Source: Escherichia phage vB_EcoM-Pr103Blw
Length of the DNA: 64,000 nt
Sequence record: MW481326.1
Reading direction: 5' to 3' (one strand)
This document shows, in pieces, positions 43,641 to 52,632 of this stretch. The notes under the pieces are model-generated. The model searched no databases. It was not told the origin of the DNA and worked only from the letters and a program-made list of their open reading frames with translations. The position numbers were made by a program, and so were the translations under genes. Position 1 is the first letter of the stretch. The number at the start of each line of letters is the position of its first letter.

Positions 43641-44156
43641 ATGTATCTGTCAAATCTAAAACGTTCTGCTGCAATGTCAGTTCTAAGACTCAGCTTTGAG
43701 GAACGTCAAGAGTTCATCGACTCCCACCAATACGACCCTTCTAACTCAAACCACATGATTCTCTGGAATCGTGAGAGTACTCGTGAACGAGCACTATTCC
43801 GCTATTACCCACACTACACTATAGATAACCTGTATGAATGTTTTGTTGTGAAGAACACCATTACAGTGCTCAATAAGCTTTGTAGATACACAGGTAACCA
43901 GTCCTTCACATTAGGCCACCACAAGCCTGTTACAAAAGGTGGCGAACATCACTGTGCGAACTGGTTTATCCAAACTAAATCTGATAACCAGAAGCAAGGA
44001 GATAATCTTTTAAGCACCTCTAAGATGACCTATGAAGAGCAAGAGAGATATATCAAAAATAATATGCCAGATGTGCTTGACAACAACTATACAGATTTGG
44101 CAATATCTCTCCTGTTGAAGTTCGAGACAGTTTATAGGGCAACTTACAATGGCTAA
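43641..44156 (+). CDS. HNH endonuclease-like protein
   Basis: LGHHKPVTKGGEHHCANWFIQTKSDNQKQGDN resembles HNH core (HH..P..GG...N). Confidence 0.5.
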   Translation: MYLSNLKRSAAMSVLRLSFEERQEFIDSHQYDPSNSNHMILWNRESTRERALFRYYPHYTIDNLYECFVVKNTITVLNKLCRYTGNQSFTLGHHKPVTKGGEHHCANWFIQTKSDNQKQGDNLLSTSKMTYEEQERYIKNNMPDVLDNNYTDLAISLLLKFETVYRATYNG

Positions 44157-44427
44157 AGAGAAGTGGGAAATTTTACCATTAGTGAGTGAAGGTGGTAACG
44201 GTTGTGAGATGTACATGATACGAGGTCATGTTCCAGAACCAATTGCACTTGAGATGGTAAACAATTTTACAGATGGCTCTTACAAAGATTTAGGAGAGCC
44301 AACTATAAAGCATCAATGGGTCAAACCTGTACCAGACAGCACAGGTAACTGTAGTGTACTTTATCACGTTGTAGACCCTGCAAAATGCAAATCTGCAATG
44401 GCAGTAACAAACATAACTTTTGATTGA
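44149..44427 (+). CDS. hypothetical protein
   Basis: 92 aa. Confidence 0.4.
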   Translation: MAKEKWEILPLVSEGGNGCEMYMIRGHVPEPIALEMVNNFTDGSYKDLGEPTIKHQWVKPVPDSTGNCSVLYHVVDPAKCKSAMAVTNITFD

Positions 44428-44440
44428 GAGAGAGAAAACT

Positions 44441-44905
44441 ATGATTTTTTGCAATTCCCAGAAGCATGTAATAGAGATTCTATATAAGGAGTTTGGTACA
44501 GAGAACACCTTTGACTCAAATGAAGCAATTGATGTACTAAGAGAAAAAAGCCTCTTTATAAGAGGTCAATCAATTAACAATGCTCGTGGCTACCTAACAG
44601 TGCTAAGGCAATCCGGTGTACTGATAACTGTAGGCCAAATAAAAAGTAAGGGGAGACTAAGCATCAACCAGATTAACCGAGCTTTTATGGAGAAACACCC
44701 ACAACTATCACGAATGTTAGATGATGGACATGGGGAGGTAAAGAGCCTTCAAAAAACAACCTCGACCGATGTTAATTCAGTTGACATACAACCAGATGTT
44801 AGGTATTTTATTGAGGATGTGATGTTTAAAACAATGGATGAAGCAGTTGAACACTGTAAAAAACATCTGATTAAAGTTAAACGTGCAAAGATTGTTTGGG
44901 AATAA
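44441..44905 (+). CDS. tandem paralog A (unknown function)
   Basis: ATG 44441 after GAGAGAGAG SD; shares EILYKEFGT..FDSNEAI...PQLSR...KYFI.. and C-terminal K.K..IWE with paralog B. Confidence 0.5.
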   Translation: MIFCNSQKHVIEILYKEFGTENTFDSNEAIDVLREKSLFIRGQSINNARGYLTVLRQSGVLITVGQIKSKGRLSINQINRAFMEKHPQLSRMLDDGHGEVKSLQKTTSTDVNSVDIQPDVRYFIEDVMFKTMDEAVEHCKKHLIKVKRAKIVWE

Positions 44906-44938
44906 TACTTCAAAAACTTCTATTGAGAGAAAAAGAAC

Positions 44939-45391
44939 ATGTTAAGTTCATTTTACATAGCACTGACTGAGATTCTATATAAAGAATTTGGTACAGATAC
45001 CATCTTTGACTCTAATGAGGCTATAAAAGCTCTCAGAAGTGGAAGTGACTACCTAAGTAAAAGCCCTATAGCAAACATTCGGTATTACTTGACCACAATG
45101 CGTAAAATGGGGCTACTGATGGCTGTAAGTCAGGGAACAAAAGACTGTGCTTCTCTATACCTAAACCAACTAAATAAAATGATGATAGAGAGCGACCCAC
45201 AACTATCAAGACTACTTGATAGTGTTGACACAACTAATAGGAATACAAGAACATCAAAACCAAAAGGTGAGTTCCTCCCTGATGCAAAATACTTTATTGA
45301 TGAACTAATGTTTGATACCATAGAAGATGCAGTTGAGTATTGCAAAAAGAATATTATTAAGTTGAAAAGAAAGAAAATTATTTGGGAATAA
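44939..45391 (+). CDS. tandem paralog B (unknown function)
   Basis: 150 aa; same motifs and equivalent SD context as paralog A. Confidence 0.5.
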   Translation: MLSSFYIALTEILYKEFGTDTIFDSNEAIKALRSGSDYLSKSPIANIRYYLTTMRKMGLLMAVSQGTKDCASLYLNQLNKMMIESDPQLSRLLDSVDTTNRNTRTSKPKGEFLPDAKYFIDELMFDTIEDAVEYCKKNIIKLKRKKIIWE

Positions 45392-45426
45392 AACCAAGAA
45401 AACTACCATTATCGAGAGAGAGAACT

Positions 45427-46308
45427 ATGAAAACGTCTATCCGTGTTACAGTTCATTCACCAACTAAAGGAACTCATGAAGAAGAGTTTAACATCATCCA
45501 ATTCCCTTCTGGTGAGATTGGTGGACACTTTTCGCCAGAGTTTGTTGATTTTACTGCTTATGCAGCATCATCCATCAACAATGTGATTATGATTGTAAAA
45601 GGTTATGATAAAGACACATTGTTTGCTGTGGCACTTGCTAAAGAAGCAATTGATGATTTAGTACCTCATAAGTTTGCTATGAAGACCATTATCTTTTACT
45701 ATTTGCCAAATGCACGTTATGACCGTCACATGTTTAAAGGTGATGCAGCAGCTTTGAAAGTGTTTGCACAACAGGTTAATGCAATGGGTTTTGATGCAGT
45801 CTGTGCAGTTGACCCTCACAGCTATGTACCAGATAACCTGTTTAACTGCTTCCAGAGTATCCCCCAAAAGGAGATTGCAGTCCACTATGCGAATGACCCA
45901 CTGGTTGATTACTTAGTAGCCCCAGATGCAGGTGCTGCTAAGAAGATTGCAGAAACTGCTAAAGAGGTGGATAAACCATATATCACAATGTCTAAAGTAC
46001 GTAACCTTAAGACTGGTGAAATTACTGGTATGCGAATCCTTGATGATGTTGATTTGGCAGATAAAACCGTCATGATTCTGGATGATATTTGTGATGGGGG
46101 ACGAACCTTCATAGAAGCAGCTAAACATCTTCGTGAAGCAGGTGCAAAACGTGTGGAACTCTATGTAACACATGGTATCTTCTCTAAAGATGTTGAAAAC
46201 CTTCTTGACAATGGCATTGACCACATCTACACTACAAACTCTTTAGGGGAAGCTAAAGACCGTGGCTTAACACATTATGGCCAAGTTACTGTAGCAAACC
46301 TTGATTAA
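45427..46308 (+). CDS. PRPP-synthetase-family pyrophosphokinase (Prs-like; candidate ADP-ribose pyrophosphokinase of a two-gene NAD+ reconstitution cassette)
   Basis: ATG 45427 (GAGAGAGAG SD); Prs-like VDPH, APDAGAAKK and PRPP-loop ILDDICDGGRT motifs; directly upstream of NAMPT-like gene. Confidence 0.8.
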   Translation: MKTSIRVTVHSPTKGTHEEEFNIIQFPSGEIGGHFSPEFVDFTAYAASSINNVIMIVKGYDKDTLFAVALAKEAIDDLVPHKFAMKTIIFYYLPNARYDRHMFKGDAAALKVFAQQVNAMGFDAVCAVDPHSYVPDNLFNCFQSIPQKEIAVHYANDPLVDYLVAPDAGAAKKIAETAKEVDKPYITMSKVRNLKTGEITGMRILDDVDLADKTVMILDDICDGGRTFIEAAKHLREAGAKRVELYVTHGIFSKDVENLLDNGIDHIYTTNSLGEAKDRGLTHYGQVTVANLD

Positions 46309-46317
46309 AACTTTATA

Positions 46318-46338
46318 GGGGCTTAAAAGCCCCATTTT
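46318..46338 (+). terminator. short intercistronic hairpin (weak terminator or processing site)
   Basis: GGGGCTT-aa-AAGCCCC then ATTTT; weak T-run. Confidence 0.35.
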
Positions 46339-46353
46339 GAGAGAGATTAAAAG

Positions 46354-48135
46354 ATGACTAAATCACTTTATGCAGTACCAGCAGGTTTAAACGCAGATGC
46401 TTACAAATCTGGTCACATCTACCAGTATCCTAGTGCAACAGAGTACTTGATGTTCAACCTGACACCACGTAGCGACAAATGGTTTAACAGCCCCTTAGCA
46501 ATTGATGGTGTAGTTGCTTTTGGTATTCAGCGTTTTGTTAAAGATTACCTGATAGACCACTGGAACGCCACCTTCTTCGAACGTGACAAAAAAGAAGCAA
46601 TTGACGAAATCTTAGAAGTCATGAACGGTGTTCTGGGTAAAGATGCTATTGGTCGAGAGCATTGGGAAGCACTTCACGACTTAGGTTATCTGCCAGTTGA
46701 AGTATACGCTGTAGAAGAAGGCACAGTTGTCCCTATGCGTGTTCCGATGATTGTTTTCCAGAACACTGTTTCAGGTTTCCATTGGGTAGCGGGGTATCTG
46801 GAAGATGCTTTCTCTGCTGAGATTTGGAAGGCTTGTACCATTGCAACTATTGCATTGCACTACAAACGTATCTGTAAGAAGTGGGCTGACCTTACTTGTG
46901 ACAACGACTTACATTTACCTTATCAGTGCCATGACTTCGCTATGCGTGGTATGTCTGGCTTTACTGATGACGCATTTAACGCTGTAGGTCACTTAACCAG
47001 CTTTAAAGGAACTGATAGCTTCCCTGCTGTGTATACAGCTAAACGTATCTATGGACAGTCCTACCCAATATCTGATATTGGTAGCTCTGTACCAGCCACT
47101 GAACACTCTGTAATGTGTGCAAACATTGCTTGGGAAGGTGGTAATGAGTTGATTGAAGAAGAAAGACGCTTTAAAGGTGAGTTACAAACCTTCCGTCGTT
47201 TCTTAACAGAAACTTACCCAACTGGTATTGCAAGTGTTGTTTCAGACACTTATAATTTCTGGAGAACTGTGTCAGAAATCTTACCAGCACTTCGTAAAGA
47301 GATTATGGAACGTGACGGCAAACTGGTAATTCGTCCTGACTCTGGAGACCCTGTACATATTGTCACAGGATACAAAGCAATCCATTTAGAGTGTGCTAAA
47401 AAGGCTTATTACGAACACCTAAGTAAGCTGGAAGCCAGCGACACAATGTTGAATGCTGTTCTGAACATGAAGCTTGAAAACATCAATTATGGTATTGCTG
47501 GATGGCTACTGTCAGAAGGCTACGAAATGGTTGTTGACAGAGAAGACTTTGAAGTTGCTGATACAGTGCTGTTGAAAAACGCTTATATGGTTGGTTCTGC
47601 AAATGTTGTAACACGTCCTGTAGCAGAGATTGATGGGGCTATTAAGACCTTGTATAACATCTTTGGAGGAACTATCAACTCTAAAGGGTTTAAGGTACTG
47701 GATGAGCACATTGGCCTTATCTATGGTGACTCTATCACGTTGGAACGCGCAAACGAAATCCTTAAGCGTTTGTATGAAATGGGTTTTGCAAGCTCTAACG
47801 TAGTGTTTGGTGTAGGTTCTTACACTTACCAGTACATGACTCGTGACACCTTTGCATTTGCTGTCAAAGCAACTCTTGCAAGCATTGGTGGTAAAGAGAT
47901 TATGCTTGCAAAAGACCCTAAAACAGATAGTGGTGTTAAGAAGTCTGCTTTTGGTGGTGTAGCCCCTATGTGGGATGGTGAGAATCTGAAAGCTGTAGAT
48001 GGCTATGGATTCCAGAGCTTTGCAGATGCACTTGAACATCCAGCTTGTGCTTTACATTTAGTCTTTAGCGACTCTGAGCAGTTCGGCTACACAACTCTTG
48101 GTGATATTCGAAATAATATTGACAAGCATCTTTAA
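46354..48135 (+). CDS. nadV: nicotinamide phosphoribosyltransferase-family protein (NAMPT/NadV-like; candidate nicotinamide ADP-ribose transferase)
   Basis: 593 aa; DAYKSGH near N-terminus, HDFAMRG, SFKGTD, SVPATEHS, VVSDTYNFW and RPDSGDP match conserved NAMPT segments. Confidence 0.9.
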   Translation: MTKSLYAVPAGLNADAYKSGHIYQYPSATEYLMFNLTPRSDKWFNSPLAIDGVVAFGIQRFVKDYLIDHWNATFFERDKKEAIDEILEVMNGVLGKDAIGREHWEALHDLGYLPVEVYAVEEGTVVPMRVPMIVFQNTVSGFHWVAGYLEDAFSAEIWKACTIATIALHYKRICKKWADLTCDNDLHLPYQCHDFAMRGMSGFTDDAFNAVGHLTSFKGTDSFPAVYTAKRIYGQSYPISDIGSSVPATEHSVMCANIAWEGGNELIEEERRFKGELQTFRRFLTETYPTGIASVVSDTYNFWRTVSEILPALRKEIMERDGKLVIRPDSGDPVHIVTGYKAIHLECAKKAYYEHLSKLEASDTMLNAVLNMKLENINYGIAGWLLSEGYEMVVDREDFEVADTVLLKNAYMVGSANVVTRPVAEIDGAIKTLYNIFGGTINSKGFKVLDEHIGLIYGDSITLERANEILKRLYEMGFASSNVVFGVGSYTYQYMTRDTFAFAVKATLASIGGKEIMLAKDPKTDSGVKKSAFGGVAPMWDGENLKAVDGYGFQSFADALEHPACALHLVFSDSEQFGYTTLGDIRNNIDKHL

Positions 48136-48149
48136 AAGTATATGATAAG

Positions 48150-48172
48150 AGGCTCCTACGGGAGCCTTTTTA
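48150..48172 (+). terminator. rho-independent terminator
   Basis: AGGCTCC-tacg-GGAGCCT followed by TTTTTAATTT. Confidence 0.6.
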
Positions 48173-48188
48173 ATTTCTGGAGAATGCT

Positions 48189-48533
48189 ATGGACAACCTT
48201 TCCATATGGTTTAACAAGAAACCTGTACAACCGAAATACTTACAAGTTGCCTATACAGACATCCTTGAAGTTCTCGGTAAAGAAAAGTTTGAAAAGTTTT
48301 GTGAAGGTATCTACAATCACCACTGCCAATTTGCTACAAAAGAGGGTATGTTTGTCATAGAACAGTTCTTTGGCAGAGACCCAGATGACTATGAAGAGAT
48401 TAGCTTTGTAATAAAATACATGATAGAGTATATTGAAAATCGTGGATTCGAAGTTAATCCTGAATTTTATGAACATGAGGGTGTACCTTTAGCAAAAGGT
48501 TTCGATGGCATACTCGTTAACTGGACTTGGTGA
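48189..48533 (+). CDS. hypothetical protein
   Basis: 114 aa. Confidence 0.45.
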   Translation: MDNLSIWFNKKPVQPKYLQVAYTDILEVLGKEKFEKFCEGIYNHHCQFATKEGMFVIEQFFGRDPDDYEEISFVIKYMIEYIENRGFEVNPEFYEHEGVPLAKGFDGILVNWTW

Positions 48534-48874
48534 AAATTATGAAAATCAAAGAGATGAACATCAACATTGTCTTAGAAGAACGTTGGGAGAACATTAAGAG
48601 AACTGAGGACGGTCATAAGTTCCTTAACAAAATTTTAGTAGCAGCTAAAGAAGAACTGACTGGGAAGATTTCAACAGCAATCACAATAAAAGTTTGTGTA
48701 AAAGGTCTTCCAGACAATCACCAATTTGCACTTGACGAGTTTAAAGAAAACTTCTACAATCCAAACAAACAGATGCTTGAAAGTAACTTTGCAGTGTCTA
48801 CAAGTATCGTCCATGACAGAAGCTTTATCCTTTACAAAAATATGAGAGGTGAGTCATGCAAGCATATTGGGTAG
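48527..48874 (+). CDS. hypothetical protein
   Basis: 115 aa. Confidence 0.45.
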   Translation: MVKIMKIKEMNINIVLEERWENIKRTEDGHKFLNKILVAAKEELTGKISTAITIKVCVKGLPDNHQFALDEFKENFYNPNKQMLESNFAVSTSIVHDRSFILYKNMRGESCKHIG

Positions 48875-49032
48875 AAATTTTACTATCACTTGGTAGCGTA
48901 GCAGTATTTGTTTATCTTCTTTGTAAGTACTATGCAGAGCACAAAAAATGTGACTACTGTAATGGAGAAGGTTATACAAGAGCAGGTTGCTGCCCTATAT
49001 GTGGTGGTTCTGGTAAAATGTTTAATAAGTGA
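48856..49032 (+). CDS. small membrane-anchored zinc-finger protein (58 aa, below cutoff)
   Basis: GAGGTGAG SD; N-terminal TM (WVEILLSLGSVAVFVYLL) then CDYCNGEG...CCPICGGSGK (DnaJ-type CxxCxGxG finger). Confidence 0.35.
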   Translation: MQAYWVEILLSLGSVAVFVYLLCKYYAEHKKCDYCNGEGYTRAGCCPICGGSGKMFNK

Positions 49033-49060
49033 TTTAACAGTAAACTAAGAGGAAAGTATT

Positions 49061-51427
49061 ATGCGCATGGTAAACGACCACGCAGAAGTGATTAAGAGTT
49101 CAACTTCTCTAGAGACGTCTCAAGCACAGATTACAATGACACCTGAAATGTTCAGCCTTTTGAGTTCTGGTGTATACACCTTTAAAGAAAGGGCAGTGAT
49201 TCGTGAACTGTCATGTAACGCAGTAGATGCTCAGAAAGAAGCTGGAAAAGAGAACATCCCGTTCCATGTGCATTTACCTACTCGTTTTGAGCCTTACTTT
49301 GAAGTTCGTGATTTTGGAACCGGATTGACTCATGATAAAGTTATGAGTTTGTACCTAAACTATGGAGCTTCTACGAAGAATGACTCTAATGACTACATTG
49401 GTGCAATGGGTATCGGCTCAAAATCACCATTTGCAATTGCTCAGTCATTCACAGTGTCTAGCTATGTTGATGGTGTTGTTAATAAGTACTCTGTTTACCT
49501 TGAGAATGGTATCCCTCAAGTAACTAAGCTAACTACCAACCCAACGAATGAACCTAATGGTTTAGCTGTACGTGTAGCAGTTGCTGACCATCGTATTTCA
49601 AAGTTCTTTGAAGAGGCTGGTAATGTATACTCATACTTTGCTGTAAAACCAGAAAGTAATATCGAGTATGACGATGTATTAGCAGATATGAACGTCATTG
49701 CCCGTGAAGAAGGTGTTTATGATGCCATGATTCATAAGCAAAGCTGGCGTTCTAGTGGTAACAGGACAGAGTTTAATGTGGTGATGGGTAACATTGCCTA
49801 CCCTGTTAATATGGAAGCATTACTTGGTGATGATTTCTTCAAAGTATTGCCAGAATTTTTCCGTAGGAGCGTAGACCTTGTAAACATCTACATGCCTATT
49901 GGTTCAGTTGCTATTGCAGCTTCTCGTGAAGCATTGCAGATGAATGACACGACAAAAAACGTTATCATTGAGGCTACTAAAAAGATAACTGAAGCAATTA
50001 CAAAGGATGTTATCAAGAAAGTTAATAGCCAACCTACACTCATGGATGCTGCACAGGCTTATGCTGAGTTACGTTTGAACTCACGAGAGATGTTTAATGC
50101 TGTGTGTCCAAAGCTAGAGTGGGGCGGTGTTAAGCTTGATTCTCTGGAAGAAGAATTACTAAACATTCGTCGTGGAATTATCTACGCAGAAGACGGCTCA
50201 GTCATTTACGAACGTGACGGTAAAGGCAATATCAAGGTTGATAGGAACGGGAACAATATCCCTAAAGTAGATTATCTTTATGACCCAGTTGCTTATGTCA
50301 AGTTCAACTCTTTAGAGAGTAAGATTCGTGCAACATCGCTTTCCTACACTCAAGAGGCAAGTATGTTCAATATCTTTGGCGCAATGCGTAAAAGTCAAAT
50401 TGAACAGTTTTTGTTTGTTATAAATGACCGTCGAAATAAAAATGGTACTGAGAAGACTGTAGGACGCAACCAAATCTTGCGTGGTGCATGTCGAGACTAT
50501 GCCAGTGAGTCAAGTCTGTTTCACAGATACAATGGTATTGTCTTTGTATTCTCTACAGAGAAAGAGCTAGACGACTTAATCAATCTGCACAAACTTGATA
50601 AAAGCTTGTTAAAGATTGTGAAGATGTCTGACAAGGAACATCATTATCAGCGTAAAGAAGCTGTAAGAGGTGTTGTAAAACTCTGGAAAGCTGTTCCAGC
50701 AGAAGGTGTAGCTTCATACAAAGAGGTGTCAGAAGACTTAGATACGATTGAAGAACCTCAGCTTTACATTAAGGCAGTCGGTGACACAGTTGATGGTGAA
50801 TGTTTTTGCTCATCTCCAGAAGATGTAGCTAAGTCAGTTGCTAATGTTACAGGTAAGACAGTCTATGTTTTCCGAAAAGCAAATTGGAAAAAGATACCAG
50901 AAGACTGGATTGAAGTAGATGAGAAGCTCTTGAATGACAGCTTAACTGATGTTCACTGGATTAACCATAACAGGTATATGACACGTATCTATATGAATGG
51001 TGTCCTCGACCTTACAAGTAGTTGGATTATTGCCAGAAACTTTACGTTCAATAACAGGAAGATTTCTCGTGGCTATTGTTATTCACGGGATACAAACAAA
51101 ACTATCTTCTTAGAAGGTAATGAAGATGCTGTAGAGGCAATGTTTGGTAAAATCCAATACGTTGCTGCACCGTTTGCATATACTTACACTATTAGTAGGT
51201 TGCAAACTTTGAAAGACTGCCTTGACAATGATACAAAGCTTTACAAGAAAATTAAGAAAGCTGGTGACCGCATGGTCATTAAGGTGACAAACTACCTTTC
51301 AAAAAGAAAACAAGAAAACTTCTTGCTTTCTCATTTAGATTGGAATAAAGTGTCACCCATCGAAGTGAGTAAGTTCTTAGGCTTTGATGTGAAGTGTGTT
51401 CCAGAAGGGACTACAATTTACGATTAA
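49061..51427 (+). CDS. rIIA: rIIA protein (GHKL ATPase-like N-terminus)
   Basis: 788 aa; RAVIRELSCNAVDA, VRDFGTGLT and YIGAMGIGSKSPF parallel T4 rIIA N-terminal segments. Confidence 0.85.
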   Translation: MRMVNDHAEVIKSSTSLETSQAQITMTPEMFSLLSSGVYTFKERAVIRELSCNAVDAQKEAGKENIPFHVHLPTRFEPYFEVRDFGTGLTHDKVMSLYLNYGASTKNDSNDYIGAMGIGSKSPFAIAQSFTVSSYVDGVVNKYSVYLENGIPQVTKLTTNPTNEPNGLAVRVAVADHRISKFFEEAGNVYSYFAVKPESNIEYDDVLADMNVIAREEGVYDAMIHKQSWRSSGNRTEFNVVMGNIAYPVNMEALLGDDFFKVLPEFFRRSVDLVNIYMPIGSVAIAASREALQMNDTTKNVIIEATKKITEAITKDVIKKVNSQPTLMDAAQAYAELRLNSREMFNAVCPKLEWGGVKLDSLEEELLNIRRGIIYAEDGSVIYERDGKGNIKVDRNGNNIPKVDYLYDPVAYVKFNSLESKIRATSLSYTQEASMFNIFGAMRKSQIEQFLFVINDRRNKNGTEKTVGRNQILRGACRDYASESSLFHRYNGIVFVFSTEKELDDLINLHKLDKSLLKIVKMSDKEHHYQRKEAVRGVVKLWKAVPAEGVASYKEVSEDLDTIEEPQLYIKAVGDTVDGECFCSSPEDVAKSVANVTGKTVYVFRKANWKKIPEDWIEVDEKLLNDSLTDVHWINHNRYMTRIYMNGVLDLTSSWIIARNFTFNNRKISRGYCYSRDTNKTIFLEGNEDAVEAMFGKIQYVAAPFAYTYTISRLQTLKDCLDNDTKLYKKIKKAGDRMVIKVTNYLSKRKQENFLLSHLDWNKVSPIEVSKFLGFDVKCVPEGTTIYD

Positions 51428-51432
51428 AGTGT

Positions 51433-51462
51433 TTGACAAGGGGCTTCAAAGCCCCTTAGAAT
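51433..51462 (+). promoter_or_regulatory. sigma70-like promoter with hairpin in spacer
   Basis: TTGACA-18 nt-TAGAAT; spacer holds AAGGGGC-ttcaaa-GCCCCTT stem-loop; upstream of rIIB. Confidence 0.4.
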
Positions 51463-51506
51463 AGCCTTACAAAATGATTTATTAACTAACAAGAGAGAGT
51501 AATAAG

Positions 51507-52616
51507 ATGACTACTAAAACTAAAGCACAGATTGACGCAGAAATTTACGAACTGGTTAAAGAAGGTAAGCTGACTAAAACAGCTATTGCACAGAAGTTCA
51601 ATACTTCAACCCGTTCAGTTGGTCGTGCTGTAGAGCGTCATGAAGCAACCTTAAAAGGTAAGAAGAAGGCGACTTCTACACCAGCTAAGAAGACCCTAAA
51701 GCAAGTTGCTAAGTCAGTTAAAAAGAAAGCTGGCAAACCAGTTGAAAAGGTCGTTAAAGACGCTGTACAGAAAGCTCCAGTAAATAAACTGCATGAAGCT
51801 ATGCAGAAAGATGACAAGATTGAGTACATGATTACTGGTGACTCTGTAATTATGACTTACGGTTCAGAATCTGAAATTGTTGAGTCTACTCATCCGAACT
51901 ATCAAGAGATTGTAGTTCATGTTGTGAAAGGTGAGTTCAAGAAAGCATTTGAACTGATGAACATTCGTAAGTCTATCGAAAACTTCACTCAGGGTGCTAT
52001 CACAATCAAAGGTGACAAGCTCTTCTACGGTGCTGTTGAGATGCGTTCTACTCTGGTTGACCGTATTCTTCACATGATGAAAACTGGTGATAAAGGTTTT
52101 GAACGACTTGTAATGTTCTTCGAAAAACTGATGGAAAACCCATCTAAAGATTCTGTAGAACAACTTTGGGGATTTGTATCTCACCTTGATGTTGAAATTG
52201 ATGAAGAAGGTTACATCATTGGTTGGAAGAAAGTCTCTACTCGTGAAGGCAAGCTGGTTGACTCTCACACCTACAAAGTGCCTAATGATTTGGGTAACAT
52301 TGTAGAGATGCCACGTTGGATGGTTGATAACAACCGTAACGTAACTTGCTCTCAAGGTCTTCATGTTGGCGCTTGGGATTATGTTCGTTGCTTCTCAGGT
52401 GATACCATCCTGAAGGTTCGTGTCCATCCACGAGATGTTGTATCTGTTCCGACTGATTACAACGATATGAAGATGCGTTCCTCTCGTTATGAAGTTGCAG
52501 CAATCGTTGATAATCAACGTAAAGTGCTGAAAGCATGGGATGGTAAGACTGAAGCTTTGCATGTCATCGTTGGCACTGCTGGTGAACTCATCTCTCAACG
52601 TAAACGTGAAATCTAA
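51507..52616 (+). CDS. rIIB: rIIB protein
   Basis: 369 aa; LFYGAVEMRSTLVDRIL, CSQGLHVG and VRVHPRDVVSVPTDYNDMKMR closely parallel T4 rIIB segments. Confidence 0.8.
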   Translation: MTTKTKAQIDAEIYELVKEGKLTKTAIAQKFNTSTRSVGRAVERHEATLKGKKKATSTPAKKTLKQVAKSVKKKAGKPVEKVVKDAVQKAPVNKLHEAMQKDDKIEYMITGDSVIMTYGSESEIVESTHPNYQEIVVHVVKGEFKKAFELMNIRKSIENFTQGAITIKGDKLFYGAVEMRSTLVDRILHMMKTGDKGFERLVMFFEKLMENPSKDSVEQLWGFVSHLDVEIDEEGYIIGWKKVSTREGKLVDSHTYKVPNDLGNIVEMPRWMVDNNRNVTCSQGLHVGAWDYVRCFSGDTILKVRVHPRDVVSVPTDYNDMKMRSSRYEVAAIVDNQRKVLKAWDGKTEALHVIVGTAGELISQRKREI

Positions 52617-52632
52617 TAAGTAATTTCTTAAA

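Noticed and set aside
45427-48135. Reading the Prs-like and NAMPT-like genes as a plain nucleotide-salvage pair feeding phage DNA synthesis
   Set aside because: Not fully rejected, but judged less likely as the whole story: NAMPT yields NMN, not a DNA precursor, and no NMN adenylyltransferase is encoded here, so the pair alone does not complete canonical NAD+ salvage; the ADP-ribose-based reconstitution model explains why exactly these two enzymes travel together.
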